The notes beneath the pieces were generated by a model, which did no database searches, was not told where the DNA came from, and saw nothing but the letters and a program-made list of their open reading frames with translations. A stretch of 64,000 bases of DNA from Macrostomum lignano (taxonomy: Eukaryota). How positions within the stretch are numbered: the first letter of the stretch is position 1; each line of letters opens with the position of its first letter. Shown here in pieces: positions 62,178 through 64,000 of the stretch. The stretch spans positions 248,001 through 312,000 of the forward strand of contig NIVC01000736.1 in assembly GCA_002269645.1 (NCBI GenBank), given 5' to 3'. The position numbers and the translations under genes were made by a program.

Positions 62178-63820
62178 TCAGAGGCCGCTAGCAGCCAGCC
62201 TCGAGTGCTCCCGCACCAGCTCGTCCACCCGCCTCGGCTCCACCGCGTTCTCCCATCGGCCGCCGGCTTTCAACGCTGAGCCGACGATGAAGCCGTCAGC
62301 TGCTGCCCACAGGCCGGCCAAGTCGCTGGCGCTGGCGCCGCTCCCGACAAACACCGGCAGCGGCTGGCCGGCGGCTGCGGCTTCGGCCACGTCGGCTGGC
62401 ACCGTCGGACAGCCGGTGGCGCGGCCGGTGACAACCAGAGCGTCGGCCAAGAAGAATTTGGCCGCCCGGCAGGTCTCGGCCAGGTCCGTATCGGCTGTGA
62501 TGGCATGAGACGAGTGCTTCTTCTTGACGTCGGCCAGCAGCCAGACTGATGAGGCGAACAGCTGCCTCCGGTAGCGCAGGAGGTCGGCCGCGCAGGACTG
62601 CGTCAGGCCTTCGTCGCCGATGTGGGCGAACACGAAGCCCTCGGCGCGCACAAAGTCCAGATCGGTTGCCTTGGCAACGGCCAGCGCGGCCCGGTTGCAG
62701 CCGGAGAGAATCTGCACGCCAAGCGGCGTGTCGGGCAGGCGTCGCCTGGTCTCCATGGCAACAGTTGTCATAGAAACGCTTAGCTCGGGCCCGGCCTCCT
62801 CGGCACGCTGGTAGGGTACGTCATGCATGTTCTCGATGAGCACCGAGTGAACTCCGCGACTGACCAGAGTGACCTGCGTGGGGGCAGGAGCGACTTTGTT
62901 GTTCTCAGGATCCTTTAAATCGATGATTTTACCCCGTCACTCTGTCACCCCGTCACTCTGTCACCCCGTCACTCTGTCACCCCGTCACTCTGTCACCCCG
63001 TCACTCTGTCACCCCGTCACTCTGTCACCCCGTCACTCTGTCACCCCGTCACTCTGTCACCCCGTCACTCTGTCACCCCGTCACTCTGTCACCCCCTCAC
63101 TCTGTCACCCCGTCACTCTGTCACCCCGTCACTCTGTCACCCCGTCACTCTGTCACCCCGTCACTCTGTCACCCCGTCACTCTGTCACCCCCTCACTCTG
63201 TCACCCCCTCACTCTGTCACCCCCTCACTCTGTCACCCCCTCACTCTGTCACCCCCTCACTCTGTCACCCCCTCACTCTGTCACCCCCTCACTCTGTCAC
63301 CCCCTCACTCTGTCACCCCCTCACTCTGTCACCCCCTCACTCTGTCACCCCCTCACTCTGTCACCCCCTCACTCTGTCACCCCCTCACTCTGTCACCCCC
63401 TCACTCTGTCACCCCTCACTCTGTCACCCCCTCACTCTGTCACCCCCTCACTCTGTCACCCCCTCACTCTGTCACCCCCTCACTCTGTCACCCCCTCACT
63501 CTGTCACCCCCTCACTCTGTCACCCCCTCACTCTGTCACCCCCTCACTCTGTCACCCCCTCACTCTGTCACCCCCTCACTCTGTCACCCCCTCACTCTGT
63601 CACCCCCTCACTCTGTCACCCCCTCACTCTAAAAAACTTGATATTCAGGTCACCCAGCAACAGCAGAGCTCACCGCCTCCTGCACGGCCTCCTCAACCAG
63701 CCTAGAATGCGGGTCCCTGTACCGATGCGAGGCCAGGGTAGGTCGCACGTGCACCATGCCGATGATGGGCTTGACGCCCTGGCTGAGCAGAGCCTGCAGC
63801 CGGTTCGCTCCCGCAGCCAT
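62178..63820 (-). CDS. BtpA/SgcQ-family TIM-barrel protein, 2 exons (63674-63820, 62178-62873), 280 aa
   Basis: KPIIGMVHV..EAVQEA|VTLVSRGVHSVLIENMHDVPY, PLGVQIL, DFVRAEGFVFAHIGDEG, LADVKKKHSSHAIT, ADALVVTGRATG, VFVGSG, DGFIVGS. Phase-0 GTGAGC/cag intron. Confidence 0.92.
62931..63629. repeat. 16-bp minisatellite (CCCCGTCACTCTGTCA)n in the BtpA intron
   Basis: Direct reading; polarised G-to-C variant switch along the array. Confidence 0.97.
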
Positions 63821-64000
63821 GCTGTTTCACTGGAGTCCGAGGTGTGCGCCCAGTTGTAGTTATGGCGTTCACTGCAGTGCACAGGAAATCACGATAAGAT
63901 TTTTGGTGACTAAACTTGCTGCCGCTCTCCAGAAGTGTGCACGTGCATCCAGCGTACACTCGTGGAGGAGTGCGTATCTGCGTGCCTGCCACTCCTTTGA

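Overview
Eukaryotic (animal) genomic DNA with GC-rich exons and spliceosomal introns. No CRISPR array, rRNA or tRNA could be supported. The style (GC-rich exons, introns and spacers filled by minisatellites, RTE-type LINE fragments with (TTG)n tails) suggests a free-living flatworm such as Macrostomum; this is inference only. Manual exon-phase reconstruction gives these minus-strand genes: a 20-exon TRPM-type channel that appears to splice in frame to N-terminal ankyrin repeats (16625-243), UBOX5/RNF37, PIGH, BLOC1S1, a divergent CK2-beta, a 1108-aa intronless protein with three TIR/SEFIR-like domains, and a BtpA/SgcQ-family gene. On the plus strand are a PAN-like/LamG-like secreted protein and an allatostatin-C/somatostatin-type neuropeptide precursor (59281-59750). 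An AT-rich block at about 46.8-58.8 kb holds two hAT non-autonomous elements with 8-bp TSDs, a PHD-finger MULE derivative and RTE fragments. The most striking pattern is that almost every intron over ~240 bp, and most gene spacers, carry a different tandem repeat. Several of these units are copies of the adjacent splice junction, and two families occur as inverted pairs around exons or unique DNA. Most long ORFs in the supplied track are artefacts of these repeats. Coordinates were counted by hand and may be off by a few bases.
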